Of a stretch of DNA of 64,000 nucleotides, positions 41,757 to 56,880 are shown one piece after another (the first letter of the stretch is position 1; every line of letters starts with the position of its first letter). The notes beneath the pieces are model-generated. The model saw only the letters and a program-made list of their open reading frames with translations. It searched no databases and was not told where the DNA came from. The translations under genes and the position numbers were made by a program. The DNA lies in NCBI GenBank assembly GCA_964016885.1, contig OZ024743.1:125178001-125242000 (forward strand). Direction: 5' to 3'. This DNA comes from Eledone cirrhosa (Eukaryota).

Positions 41757-41760
<4 letters not shown>
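39952..41760. mobile_element. Large fold-back composite, arms 39952-40428 / 41250-41739
   Basis: About 480-bp inverted repeat, each arm containing an internal (TA)n. Hammerhead at 41087-41167. Confidence 0.88.
41087..41167 (+). ncRNA. Type I hammerhead with a full stem III
   Basis: GCTCTA-CTGATGA-ACG...CGT-GAAA-TAGTCTT TTT AAGATTA-TA-TAGAGC. Confidence 0.8.
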
Positions 41761-41850
<90 letters not shown>

Positions 41851-41853
<3 letters not shown>

Positions 41854-42042
41854 AACGAAGGTTATTAGTGGGGGTTGTTAGATTAATGAATTAACAAGAA
41901 TGGCTGAATTACTTTTTACTTTATATATAAAAAAGGTTTACTTAACTTCAGTCAAAAAGAACAATAAACAAGTTACCACGAGTTGCGAAGATTGACAATG
42001 TTATTTTGTTGTTGGTTCATACGGTTGGTGTAGTCGGAGACC

Positions 42043-42113
<71 letters not shown>

Positions 42114-43541
42114 ATGGTCTGTAGTTGTCTGTAGACCTCGGCGGCCTGAAGGTAGCGGTGAATCTTTACAAAGCTAGAGCTATAGCGTACTGCTCCGATC
42201 TCCTGTGTGTAAACGTGGCATTATACAGGCTTTATATACCTGTCGCTTTCTGTCTCCCACCTTGAGGGATCGCCCACGTATGAAACTGTCCACACCGAAA
42301 AGGATGGTGACCTAGAATTTGACTTTTAGGTGTCACCCAAGGTTCAAGGCGTGGACAGATTTCGCTACATTAGTTCCCTACCCAGATCGATGCAGGAGCA
42401 GCGATCGATTACAAAAGGGGTAGAAAAACCTGATTCCAGAAGCGTGCCCCAAAACACACAAAATGTTGGTACTTCGCCCGGATTTCGAGTGCAGAGAAAT
42501 TTGGAGAGAGGAAAAAAATATCGTATAACTCTGTATGCATGTGTGTGTAACATTTAGAAGAGACTTTAAAAATACAAAGTTATGATCATGTATTTCGAAC
42601 TGTTGTGTATGGATGGATGGACGTTGTGGTTACGGTATCGGATTACGATATGATAACACAGAGGACTATTACTCTCGATGTATCATCATACGTAAGATTC
42701 TCTTCCAGTGAGTCGAGGTTTACGCTATGACATCAGTGTGTGCAATTTTGAGTTGCGTGCCTAAGTGAGTCCAGGCTAGTAGTACCCGTGGGTTGTTTCT
42801 CGTGTGTTTAATAGCTGTTGCCGAACCTCGACCCGTTTAAAAGAGATCTCGCAGAAACCCAACCGAATCCAGAATATACCATAGACAAAAACATGTTGGT
42901 GTGTGACAAAGCAAATGATTTGTGTTTGATGCAAAACATGTATGTTCATATAGGCATATAATACAGTAAACAAAATAAAAAAATAAAAATGAACCTTCAT
43001 ATATAAGCTGTAAAAAAAAAAATATTTATATAATTGTTCTTTACAAAAAGTTCAGTTTTCTCTTCTTTATGTGATCGTTTTCTTGCTAGGAAGCTAGTAG
43101 TATTGTCTGTTGTTGTTATTGATTACGAAGCACGTGGTGAAGTGTTTGGTAATGAATCGAAACATCAAAGCGAAGTCACTGTAAATATACCGTAGTATGG
43201 AAGTTTGGTGAATAATTTGAATGTTGACAATGTTATTTTGTTGTTGGTTCACGAGGCTGGTGTAGTCGGAGACCAGGAGAGAGAGAGTAATGGCCTGTAG
43301 TTGTCTGTAGACCTCGGCGGCCTGAATGTAGCGGTGAATCTTTACATAGGTAGAACTATAGCGTACTGCTCCGAACTCCTGTGTGTAACCGTGGCATTAT
43401 ACAGGCTTTATATACCTGTCGCTTGCTGTCTCCCACCTTGCAGGATCGCCCACGTATGAACCTGTCCACACTGAAAAGGATGGTGATCTAGAATTTGACT
43501 TTTAGGTGTCACCCAAGGTTCAAGGCATGGACAGATTTCGC

Positions 43542-43545
<4 letters not shown>
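41851..43545 (-). mobile_element. Non-coding deleted LTR retroelement relic
   Basis: Complete LTR 41851-42369 (TGT...ACA) preceded on the minus strand by PPT-like GGGTAGGGAAC. A partial second LTR lies at 43224-43545. Confidence 0.75.
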
Positions 43546-43639
<94 letters not shown>

Positions 43640-43997
43640 CTTTTATAACTTTTTTAATGTTTTTCCTTGTCTGCCTTTTATAAGTATAGAGAAAGATAGA
43701 AAACTACGGACAAAAATGTGAACTTTTCTCCCTGAATATGTATGTAAAAACTAAATTTTTTTCTCCGTATTCTTATTATTCTTATTAATATGCAATTTAA
43801 CTGCATAATACACTTCCGTCGTTGAAAAAGCATAAAAAGCTGAAACCGGTACAATTAAATACGGAAATCCCTAGTTTGTAAATTAATTTTTTGATGTTAT
43901 TCTGAGAGAAAATCCCTTTAGCATTTTTTACCGTGTTTTTCTTTTCCTTTTTTACTATTTTATATATATCAACTTGTGTGCCACTTCTCTACATTTC

Positions 43998-44144
<147 letters not shown>

Positions 44145-44286
44145 AGTAGTAATCGGTTTTCGTTAGTTGAATCCGAGGACTGTGTCAACATGCAATGGTT
44201 TTTGACTCAACAACTGAATCGCTTATCAACCGTGGTGATCAACCGTAGGTACAATGAAGGTAATTCTTGGAGTATTTATATAGATT

Positions 44287-44840
44287 ACTAGCCGAATTAC
44301 CCATGCCTTGCTGAGTTTCACACATTTTATTGTAAGAAAATGATGATTGATTTTAAATCAGTGATATAATTTATGGAGAAAAACTCTGCATTTCAATATT
44401 ACTCAATGTAAAATGTAATGCATGAAAAATTGGAAAACATTATTAAATCTTATTCTTATTTTGTTTCTTCTAAATATTTTTATCAAAATATCAATTCAAA
44501 ACTTTCGTGAATAGGCATAATATATTGTCATTTACCTATGGTTTAAATTTCATATAAATTGAAGGGAAAACATTTTCAGCGGGGATTTGTGCCTCCGGGG
44601 AACCCTAATAGGAGGTTTAACCCCCATTAGGGTGTCTTATATAAATCGAAGGGAAAAAACTTTCAGCGGGGGTTTAAGCCCCCCGGAAACCCTTTGATTA
44701 AAATGAAATATACTTATCCAATTACGCTGGTCAATGTAGTTTCAGAATATATATGGTTATGGGGTCTATCTCCAAAACCATTGGAGGAGTTCGTGAACAA
44801 ACAAACAAACAAACAGGAGCTACAACTTTATATATATAGA
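44287..44840. mobile_element. Helitron/DINE-like non-autonomous element
   Basis: ACTAGCCG..ACCC start, an internal ~60-bp duplication, and an (ACAA)n...CTTTATATATATAGA end. Confidence 0.5.
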
Positions 44841-44999
44841 TAATAAATCACATGAGCAACCATGATATTAAACAGGATTCTATAAATAACAAGAACCCCA
44901 GGGGAAGCTCCCAATCGGCACGGACAAGTGAACCCAAGGCAGTAAAAACAAGAAGTAAGGGACTTATTCTCATACCAGCCATATCAAATAATAATAATA

Positions 45000-45183
45000 A
45001 TAATTGTTTCCATTTTTGGCACAAGGCCATCAATTATCCAGTGCATTACTGGTACTTTATTTTATCGACCCCGTAAGGATGAAAGGCAAAGTTAACCTCG
45101 GCGGGATTTGAACTCAGACCGTAAAGGGACGTAACTATGCTGGAAAGCATGGCGTTCGACCCTCTACCGATACTGCCAATCCA
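45000..45183 (-). mobile_element. tRNA-derived SINE
   Basis: Family consensus. Confidence 0.9.
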
Positions 45184-45469
45184 AATGTTGTTGTTACTAC
45201 CAATGATAGTGATAGAGTTGTGATAACTGACGTTGCCTGGCTACCCCTCTCTATGTATTCACATATCTTTGTCTCTCAATATATTTTGATGCGGTTATAA
45301 CTTTACACAAGCTGGATTTCTCTATGGTGACATGCCTTTTCTATATATATCTAAACGTTACTCTGTATGAATGAAAACTTTGTTAAACTTCCAGAAGTTG
45401 ATATGTCATAGCGCTGATGCAACATATTTGAATTCGAGTTCTCCGAAAAAAACGCATCCGATTAGCGAT

Positions 45470-45840
45470 TCTTGATATACTCACCTACATATCAACGTGC
45501 AGCTTGGATGATGAGATCGTTAATTGCGTCTCCAAAGCAATTGACGCTTTGGGCAAAATTACATCATCGTTTATGGGATTTCAGGGGTATATCCCTGAAA
45601 ACAAAAGTTGCAGTTTATCGTGCAGTGGTTCTGACAACACATTTATACGGCTCGTAGTCATGGATACTTTACCGCATCCACATTTATAAGCTTCATGTCT
45701 TCCTAAAAAGAAATGTCTTCGCTCTATATGTTGTTATGCCCTTTCTGACAGTCTCCAATGCCGATTTGTTCACGAGGTCCAGCATCGGGAAAACTGAGTT
45801 ATATCTGATGCAATCCCAACTTAGATCGTCCTACGGATGA
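45470..45840 (+). mobile_element. Degenerate RTE (BovB-like) RT C-terminal fragment
   Basis: LDDEI..., RLW..RGISLKTKVAVYRAVVLT.HLYGS. Confidence 0.75.
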
Positions 45841-45844
45841 CTGA

Positions 45845-47760
45845 GATCCGCGCACCCAGAGCTATAGAGAGTCTATCTTCTTCTTGGGCTACTATCCTAA
45901 AGTTAAAGACAGATAAGGAGAAATATATTTTCACTGATAAAATAGAATATCGCAGAGATATATTTCAAGGCGACACTCTCTCTGTGTTACTATTTACACA
46001 GTCATTAAACCCCTTGTCCTTTTTACTGAAGAAATGTGTAGGTTACATAATTGGTTCACAGGAGGATAGGAATACAAACCTATCCCATGACTTCTTTATG
46101 AGTGGCCTGAAACTCTAAACCAAGAACATAAATGTGATGAAGAAAACCCTTGACCTGGTTACGACGTTCTCGAAAGATATAGGAATGGAGTTTGGCCAAG
46201 ATAAATGTTCATGTATGATTGTAAGACGAGGAAAAACTACAAGCCAAGCTAGCAACATTTCTATCAATGGCCTGTCTGTATCTGGCAGTATCTGTTGAAG
46301 ACTGCTACAGATACTTAGGGATAGACGAAAATATATCCTATGATGGTATTTGTAACAAGGAATGCGTAACTAGGGAATATGACACCCAAATTAGAAAAAT
46401 ATGGCCTTTTGAACTATCTGCACACAATAAATCAGTGGTCCACAACATGTTTGTTGTGCCTGTCCTTACACCAACATTTGGAATACTTGATTGGACGCTA
46501 GATGAAATCCAAGTCATGTTAAAATCCGAAAATCCTAACCAACACCTGAAATTTCAACATCAACAGTGTTATAGATTGCCTTTACCTGAAACGTGAACAA
46601 GGAAGCAGAAGCTTAACATCAGTTCAAACATCATTTGAGTGTTGCATCATATCCTTCCGACATCTATAAACCTCTAAGCATAGGAACCCATCTATTGAAC
46701 AAGTCTGTCTACACGAGACAGAAAACATGATGAGATTTGGGAAGGAGCTTCTTGAGAAATACTCTATGCATGATAACCAAAAATTCACACTCTGGAAAAT
46801 TGCACAGCAATTCTACAATAAATCCATGGATTAGAAGCTACATGCTTATCAGCAAAAACTCATGTATGGCTATGTTTCCAGGACTCAAACGTGAGAGTAT
46901 GTTGGCTCCCACTTTGAAGAATATGCTTTTGCAATCAAATAATAGGAAATAACTGATTCACAAAAGAGATAAGGGTGCAGGCAAAACGCATAGATGTGAC
47001 AACAGATGCAGACTCTGCGGAATTAACATCGAATATGTAACCCATATTATAATCAGCTGACCAAAGATGTCATCACGGTACTGTAGTGGGAAAAACACTA
47101 TACAATGCAATCCGTAGAAAGGATAACCCCGAAAATAAATATAAAATGTTACAGCAATGTGGAGGACATACACATACATAATATGGAAGCATACTGGTAG
47201 AATATTCCAGTCAAAACCAAATAAAATGCAAACACAACAAACCAGATGTAATGATATGGGACAGGGGAAATATGGCATGCACAGTAGTGGAAGTTAGCTG
47301 CCCAGCAGATAAGAATATAATGCTAAAGATCAGTGAAAAGGAAAACATTTATGCTAAACTAATAAGGAAGCTGCAGATACACCTACCTGACTATACCTTG
47401 AAATTTGTACACATGATCATTAGAGCTATGGGATATGTTAGTAACTGCCTCAGTACAAATCTTGAGAAGCTGGGCTTCACAGAACCAGAAAGAACACGGC
47501 TAGTTAGGAATTTTCAAAAACAGTCCTGTAATAGAACTATAAAAATATGTAAAACATTTCATAAGTTCAGTAATAGCTGCATTTACACATGTATAGATAA
47601 ACAAACATATGCATGTGTACAAATATTACTCAAAACATACAGATCCCACATGCAAAAACATCCATACCTGCGCGCGCGCACACACACACACAATCGCATA
47701 CAGACATTTATACGTGTTTACCTAGTTGATTTTGTCTGAATTCCAATGAAGGAGTTTTGT
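45845..47760 (+). mobile_element. Degenerate R4/Dong-like non-LTR element (RT, CCHC, RLE)
   Basis: RRDIFQGDTLSVLLF, YRYLGIDE, CRLC...HIIIS, KHNKPDVMIWD..VVEVSCPAD and KENIYAKL. Confidence 0.85.
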
Positions 47761-48911
47761 GTCTATATTAGAAACCGTCTCTCTCTATTGGTGAAACATT
47801 TATAAAATATTGGTTTCAAATTTAGGCACAATTTGTGGGGAATGGGAGTTGATTAACTCGATTATGTGCACTACTTGTACTTTATTTTATCGACCCAGTA
47901 AGAAAGATGTACAAAGTTAACCACGGCGGGACTTAAACACAGAACGTTGACATTTTAGTGTTTGAAGGTGGGCCGTACCTAATCGCACAAGGAAGTATTC
48001 TTAAATCCTCGAAAATAATTCGTGTATCCGTTTATGTAAATATTTAAGCAACTGTAGGCAGGCAATCAAACACACATACACATACCCACAAAAAACACAT
48101 ACACATACACACATACAGATAAGCACAAATCTACAACGCTACGTAAATACGTGCGTGTGCGTTTGTGAGTGAGTCTATATGTGCGTTTGGGAAGTGAATG
48201 TTATATATATATATATATATATATATGAAAAGCAAATGGAAACAACAGATCAAATACAACGAAAAACTATTTCTACCATTGTCGAGCCCAACCTCAAATC
48301 CGGTTGAGAAAGTAGGAAGGTTCGTTACAGGGCTCGCTTCTCTATCCTGTTAAATCTATATTACCCTATCAAATTTACCAAATGCACGCTCGCGGAACTG
48401 AAAATATTCCGCTAGCCCCCCCTTACTCATGAGAATAAGAAATATCTATTTATTATTATATAATTATCATCAATGTCATTATTACTAATATTATCATTGT
48501 CTTTATTACCTTCATCATCATCAACAGCATCATCATTTATTAGACGTTTTTTTTTCCTACCGTTGAACAAGAGATTCTTGCGTTACAAATATAACATTTA
48601 TATGTATGAAAACATTTATGAAAGTTGTCAAGCTGCTGATAAAAATAACAATACAGAACAGACAGACGGCTGCTGCTACCACCGGCACGTATTTTCCGAG
48701 ACTCTCCAGCATTGAGTGAAATACTGGCTAGCAGTAAGTAAATAGATTGCCACCAGACTTCTATCTAAGCAAGATGACTGTTGCTGCATTAGATCCATCT
48801 AATTCATCCGGAGAGCATGAATACATTAACAGATTATCATTCGACCCCTTAGGACCTGATAATGGCAGGTAAGTCAGACGTACATACATACCTACATACA
48901 TATCCACATGC

Positions 48912-48969
<58 letters not shown>

Positions 48970-48970
48970 G

Positions 48971-49045
<75 letters not shown>

Positions 49046-49120
49046 CTTTTCCATCAAGCGTGAAACAAAGATTTTGTATTATTCTGTTCATATTGTTTAT
49101 CAAAGACTATACACACACAT

Positions 49121-49229
<109 letters not shown>

Positions 49230-49230
49230 G

Positions 49231-49292
<62 letters not shown>

Positions 49293-49370
49293 GTCATATA
49301 TATATATCATATATATATATATCATATATATATATATATATATATATATCATATATATATATATATATAT

Positions 49371-49468
<98 letters not shown>

Positions 49469-49514
49469 TATATATATATATTATATATATATATATCATA
49501 TATATATATATATC

Positions 49515-49607
<93 letters not shown>

Positions 49608-49654
49608 TATATATATATATATATATCATATATATATATATATATCATATATAT

Positions 49655-49689
<35 letters not shown>

Positions 49690-49719
49690 CATATATATAT
49701 ATATATATATCATATATAT

Positions 49720-49802
<83 letters not shown>

Positions 49803-49880
49803 TATATATATATATATATATCATATATATATCATATTTTAAATGGTGGAGAGGACAATAAAGATTTATGAATACATATA

Positions 49881-50319
49881 TCTAAACTATAATAAAGGGA
49901 AGAGTGCGGGACAGCGTCCAGAATATATTTTGTTATCCCGTTTGTAAAATAAGTTGGATTACTTTGAATAAATAGTGAAATAATGAATATTACATAATTT
50001 ATCTACTAAATTTCATTATTCTTGATTAAATATAAATAATTTTGTCGCTTATTTTAAGATTCACTTCTTTAAAATGTTCAAATGTCAACACTTCCGGTTA
50101 GCGATCGCTTAAATAAACAGTCATATATTTCCGTCAATGGATTACGTTACTGATTACATAAGACAGTGTAACGCAGTCTTCGTTCAATTTCTGTGTATAT
50201 TGTCCATTACGATTTTATTTGATATATCATATCTACATGTATATATACTTGCGTATAATATCAATATGCACACTACACAGGCTAGCAGAAAACCACCCGA
50301 CGGGTGGTTTTTCTGCTAG
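49881..50319 (+). mobile_element. Putative non-autonomous Helitron
   Basis: 5' TC after A, 3' hairpin AACCACCCG A CGGGTGGTT and a CTAG|T end. A similar hairpin lies at 27816-27855. Confidence 0.5.
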
Positions 50320-50619
50320 TGTATTTAATGGCTGACAAATTGTTTCAAATACTGCAGAGTAAGAATGGACACATATGTTGAGATATCGAATATATATCAA
50401 TTCTAGTCCATTGATAAATAAGTGTGTCAGCATTTTATATATTATTTTTTTATTCTGCTTATTATACGATTGTTAAACTATCTCTCTTTCCATCTAATCG
50501 CATAGCTCGCTAACATAGCAACCTATATGTATTGAGCACACTAACCTTCTCTCTACTGGCTAGTAATCTGCATAACTAATCACTTTTCTCTCCTCCTGGT
50601 TAGCTTAGTTGCTTTTTAA

Positions 50620-51156
<537 letters not shown>

Positions 51157-51159
51157 CAA

Positions 51160-51470
51160 AAATCACACTCGCATCTCATAACAATACGGCACAATTATTT
51201 CACCTCAATTGGCTCCGCTCTCTTTAACATTACACCAAAACACATTAAAACGGAAACAGCTCCATAGAGTTCAAGAAGTCTTTGGACAAATTCCTTCAAG
51301 AAATCCTGGATAAACCTCCTACACCCAGATATGTCTCTCTAAACAATAACTCTCTACTACTTGAGTGGGCCATGGTGTCCAAATCCTGATTTGAAAGACT
51401 TCGCCATGTGGTGCTATTAAGTTAGACATGGCCTGGGTTAATACTGGCTGAAGCCTATCAAAGTTAAGTT
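51160..51470 (+). mobile_element. CR1-like LINE 3' end
   Basis: HNYFTSIGSALFN..P...FKKSLDKFLQEI.D.P....NNSLL. Confidence 0.65.
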
Positions 51471-51571
51471 ATATGTATATATATATAGAGAAAATATATA
51501 TACATGTGTGTATATCGTAAAACAATGATATGAATAGGTAAAACAACTTGACTTTGTTGTTATTATTTTCA

Positions 51572-51672
51572 TGAGGTTGACTTTGCCTTTCATCCTTACG
51601 GGGTCGATAAAATAAAGTACCAGTAATGCACTGGATAATTGCTGGCCTTGTGCCTAAAGTAGAAACAATTAT
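51572..51672 (+). mobile_element. 5'-truncated SINE
   Basis: Family core and tail. Confidence 0.85.
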
Positions 51673-51746
51673 TTTCATTGTTAAATTAATATCCAATATA
51701 AAGAATGAAACAGTTCTAGTCCTGTAGAATCTCATCTATATTAAAA

Positions 51747-51864
<118 letters not shown>

Positions 51865-52216
51865 CGTATATGTGTGTAGACTACTTCCTCTATTACACTT
51901 TCAAGATAATGCACATATTTCTTCCCTTTCCTTTATTCCTGTTTTTTCTTAATTATGTTATTTATGATGAAGGACAAACAGCCGAAACGTTAAGAATATT
52001 AATGTATTTCATCCAAGTCTTAAATTAATCAGGTTCATTATATTCCTTTCTGACTGTTGCCTCTTCTCTCCCCTCATATATCTTCCTCCGCCGTACCACT
52101 AGTTACATCCTGTCGTTTCTCCACCCTCTCACCATTATCAACATCATCATCATCATCATCTTTTATCTTTCTATTTCTTCTTTTTAATTACTGAATTACT
52201 TAATTACTCATTTTAT

Positions 52217-52253
52217 TTTTCTGACGAAGGACTAGCGTCCGAAACGTTAAGAC
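52217..52253 (+). ncRNA. Minimal hammerhead motif, with a degenerate tandem partner at 51960-51995
   Basis: CTGACGA-AGGAC TAGC GTCC-GAAACGTTA-AGA. Confidence 0.6.
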
Positions 52254-52499
52254 TCTTTTCCTGCTATATAAAGCGTAAAACTAATAATATATTTCTTCAT
52301 TGTACTGTGTTGTTTGCTTTGTTATTTCTGTTTTCCTTTTGCACATATATATATATATATGTGTGTGTGTGTATGTGTGTGTGTGTGTGTGTGTGTTATT
52401 TCTGTTTTCCTTTTGCACATATATATATATGTGTGTGTGTGTGTGCGTCCTATATAATGCATAAAGATATTAGTTGCTGCAATAACTTTTGTGCAAATG

Positions 52500-53645
52500 T
52501 TTTTCCTCCAAAACATTGATGCGTTTTATACAGCTGCACATTTTATATTCCTGAAAATACAGTAAGCTACAGTATTGCCTACAAACTAAACGTATAAATG
52601 ATACTAAGGAGTACGGTAAAGCAGTGACAGCAGAAGTTGGGGGTGGACGAGTATTGCCTACAGTAAGAACGATAATAGAATGAAGAAAACAAGAACGGCT
52701 GCAGATTGTTAAAAATAGTAAACGTAACTTTCGTTGCCCAACTTCACATTGACCAGAACTTGAGGAGTGAAAAGCATGGGTGATAAATAAATGAAATAAA
52801 TGAAATACATGGAAATTCATTTCTACCGAAATGGTCATCAATAAGGCCAGGACTAGAAGAATAGGGATTCTGGGTTTTGCAAGAAGGTTGCTGTTACCGA
52901 TTCAAAACAAAAAAGATAGGGTTTATTAATGAGAACAAAAACATTTCAATGCAGAGGAAATGCCAGTGGATTGTGAAGTTCATATTTGTAATAAAGATTG
53001 TTTTGAACTGACTCAAATAGTAACATTCGTTGTACCATCCAACAAAGGTGTCAAAAGGAGCTAAAACAGCCGTAGGGAATCTATTGGACATAAAGCAACA
53101 CACTATACTCTAGTCTGTTGTCCTGGTGGCGTAAAGCTACTATCAGTTTTCATATTTAAAATCTAATCCCAGTCTAAAAAAAAATATATGACTTGGTGCG
53201 TTTGTTCATGTTCATCCAAACGGCTGGTTGGACGAAACCGAAATGAATTTATGGCTACAGAAAATATGAGGCAGGCTTTTTCGTGGACACTTAAGGAGAC
53301 TTTCGTGATGGACGAAGCTGGGATCAGTTTGGGACACGCAGAACTGAAGTCATTAAAAAGTGGGAGAATTTGAAATCCAAGTAACTATTGTTTATGGAGT
53401 TTTACGCGCCAATTGCTACCTTTAGATGTATGTTTAAACAAATATTTTTAAAATTACATGTGAGAACAATAAAAGAAATGGGGATTCGGACCGTGGCCTC
53501 ACATCAATTGAAAGAGTGAAACATCACTTCACACGTGTTTGGGTGGGGAAAGAAAGAAATCTTGTAAAAATGTAAGAACTAAAATTATTGTAAAACATTT
53601 TAAGAAATTTGGAATTAGTTACGCTCTAGATGGCACTGAAGACAG
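52500..53645 (+). mobile_element. Highly decayed pogo/Tigger-type DDE transposon
   Basis: Fragments VHVHPNGWLDE, QLLPLDVCLNKYFK and IIVKHFKKFGISYALDGTED. Confidence 0.7.
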
Positions 53646-53656
53646 GATTGGCAAAG

Positions 53657-53850
53657 GGCGGTGGATTGGCAGTATCGGTGGAGCGCCAGACACCATGCTT
53701 TGCAGCATAGAGTTATGGCCCTTTACGGTCTGAGTTCAAATCTCGCCGAGATTAACTTTGCCTTTCATCCTTACGGGGTCGATAAAATAAAGTACCAGTA
53801 ATACACTGGTGTAAATGCTGGCCTTGTGCCAAAAAGTAGAAACAATTATT
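53657..53850 (+). mobile_element. tRNA-derived SINE
   Basis: Family consensus. Confidence 0.9.
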
Positions 53851-54385
53851 TAAAAACAGTGATACCAACATTAGTGATAATGAGTTTTGGCAACGTTGAT
53901 AATAATGATGAGTTTTCTAGCTTTGAAGGGGATTAAAAGTTTTATTACAGAAAACTGAGGATTTCGAAACTAACTGTTTTTCTTTATGATCAGAGTGCTG
54001 GTAGATTGCTCTTTTATAACATGCTTTCTGTTTTTACTAATCTGATTTTGTTTTCTTTTGTAATGTTTTACTACTGTATTCTTGTACTGTGTAAATGTAT
54101 CAATGTAAATGGCTGTTGTTCTTGTCTGGTTTCTTGATTTACCGGTATTTTCATATCTACTGGTAGCTTGTTATAAAATGTTTTCTACTATAACTAAACT
54201 GACTTTATTTTCTATTGTAAATTTCTGCAGTATTATTATTAGAAAGATTTTTTCCTACTGTCTTAGTTGCACGTTTTATTCCATTTTTTATCTGTTGTAC
54301 TGTAAATATTTGGAAAGCTATTTTTGACAACGACAAACATGAGAAATGTAAAATAAAACAATAAGGAATTGGTATCAAAGACAAA

Positions 54386-54569
54386 TTAATTGTTTCTACT
54401 TTTGGCACAAGGCCATCAATTATCCAGTGCATTACTGGTACGTTATTTTATCGACCCAGTAAGGATGAAAGGCAAAGTTAACCTCGGTGGGATTTGAACT
54501 CAGACCGCAAAGGGACGTAACTATGCTGGAAAGCATGGCGTCCGACCCTCTACCGATACTGCCAATCCA
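54386..54569 (-). mobile_element. tRNA-derived SINE with AGACAAATTAAT TSD
   Basis: Family consensus with a duplicated flank. Confidence 0.92.
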
Positions 54570-54955
54570 GACAAATTAATGATTACATGAAAGATAGTTG
54601 AAAAACACTATATTCAATATTATGAAAAACTAAACAAAACGGTATGAAGCGGTAATTAGATTAAAGGAAAATAAAGGATAACTTGAAAATGGTAATTTGA
54701 AGAAGTCGTTAAATGTAAACTATGAACGATGTAAGTTGTATAAATCGCTAAATGTACAGCATTAACCACTATGTAGAGAAAAGTAAGTACACAACGAGAT
54801 ATTGAGTTCTAATTTAGGCACAAGGACAGTAAACCTGGGGGAGAGCGAAGTTGGTCAAAATACCTCCAATATTTGACTGCTACCCTGGAAAGATGAAATG
54901 CTAAGTTGACTTTATATATATATTTATAGGAAAAAGTATGACCCCGACGGCAGAG

Positions 54956-55052
<97 letters not shown>

Positions 55053-55259
55053 TCTAAACTCCCGACTGCGGCGCTAAGCGGTTTCGGCTTGTATGTTCAT
55101 ATTTCTACACCTACTCTACATCTCCCCATGCATTGAATACTCCCGTGACTAGTGGTCTCAGCACTGCAGACACTCTCTCTCTCTTTCTCCTCCTCTCTCT
55201 CTCACTCTCTCTTTATCTGTCCCCCTCTCTATCTGTCTCTAAATATATGTATATATATA

Positions 55260-55935
55260 TTTGTAAGTATTTATGTATGTATACGTACATACATATATGT
55301 ATACAGACGTATAGTAGAATGTATATACATATATACACACATATATATATATGCACGTATCGGTTTACCGAACATTTATTATAATGCTCGGTGTGTTTGT
55401 AAACAAACAGCCCGAATTACGCCGTCATACATACTTACATTTAAGTAAGTGCCGCACTAAGAGTGAGAAATGAAATTTCGTTTCATTCTATTCCATTTAT
55501 CGTTTTCGGTGCGCCCGGCCGACTAAGCACACTCGATATGCAAATTAGGCTGCTCAGCCGTTAATATACATAAGGAAAGTATATACTTTCAGACGTTCAA
55601 CCATCTGGCAGGAAGGTATACGATGCTGACGATAGCTAATAAGCTTGAAACTAGTACATCGTTCCTGTGTCAGTGTTGAACAAAAAGGTCACGCGGTTGC
55701 CTAAACACTGTACGGCGTAATTCGGGCTGTTTGTTTGTTTACAAACAAACCGAGCATTATAATAAATGTTCGGTAAACCTATACGTGCATGTATATATGT
55801 GTGCATGTATGTATATATATACATACTACTGTACGTCTGTATACATATATGTATGTACGTATACATACATACATACTTACATTTAAGTAACTGCCGTACT
55901 AAGAGTGAGAAATGAAATTTCGTTTCATTCTATTC

Positions 55936-55936
<1 letters not shown>
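55260..55936 (+). mobile_element. Second copy of the 36-kb hammerhead element, partial tandem (period about 440 bp) with an inverted 5' arm
   Basis: ATACTTACATTTAAGTAA..TAAGAGTGAGAAATGAAATTTCG occurs at about 55431 and 55873. 55262-55425 mirrors 55712-55882. Confidence 0.82.
55620..55662 (+). ncRNA. Minimal type I hammerhead
   Basis: ACGATG-CTGACGA-TAGCTAATAAGCTT-GAAA-CTAG-TA-CATCGT. Confidence 0.82.
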
Positions 55937-56006
<70 letters not shown>

Positions 56007-56579
56007 ATATATATGTATATATATAAATATATATGTATATATATAAATATATATGTAAGCATGTATGTGTGTGTATGTGTTTGTGTGTATGTATGTACCT
56101 TTGTATGTGTAGATGTGTATGCGCGTTCGGGGGGGGGGGGGGGATACTCGGTTAGGTGCCCGCGCGCGTGGCTAGCCTACCGGGAGGGAAAGACTCCCGG
56201 TCCTTGTAAGGATATCATTCTATGAGAAGGAAAACTCTGATGTAAAACCTGCAACTCGATGACTGCCAATGATATTGACCCGTCCTTTTTGGATACCTAT
56301 CACCGTTGTTCAGAGAGTGGGATTGGTCTAGTTCAAGCTCTTTCTTCACTTAAAACAGGTTCAAGCACGGGCATTTCCTGACCTAAACGTCTTATACGTG
56401 TGCTGCAAGAGCATGGCTGGCCATAACCGAAGAGGGCCTATTTCTTCTTTCGCTGCACCATATGCAGAAAGAAAATGTAAGAGCTTGGCAGGGCTAAACA
56501 ATTACGTTCATGCCAGCCAAGTGTGAGAAATGGATCAAGTGATGGCAATTCTCAAAATCGAGATGCAGTCATCTTGTAA

Positions 56580-56880
56580 GCCGACTGGACTATTGTTCTA
56601 AGTTGTGGTCGTCCCACAGTGTCAAACTAACCGCAGAACTTGAAGTAATCCAATGAAGTCACACGAAGAGGATTACCTTACCTCAATTACAGAAATTAGC
56701 TACTGGGAGAGGCTGAAACAACTAAAGCTTTACTCCCTGGAGCGGAGACGGGAGAGATACGCAGTGACATACATATGGAAGATCTTGGAAGGACTCGCAC
56801 CAAACGTTGGCATTGAGATCTGGACCAGCCCAGGAACAGGACGCCATTGTATAGGGCCAAAGGTCCCGTCCTTCACATAG
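56580..56880 (+). mobile_element. CR1-like LINE RT C-terminal fragment
   Basis: SYWERLKQLKLYSLERRRERY...WKILEGLAPN. Confidence 0.8.
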
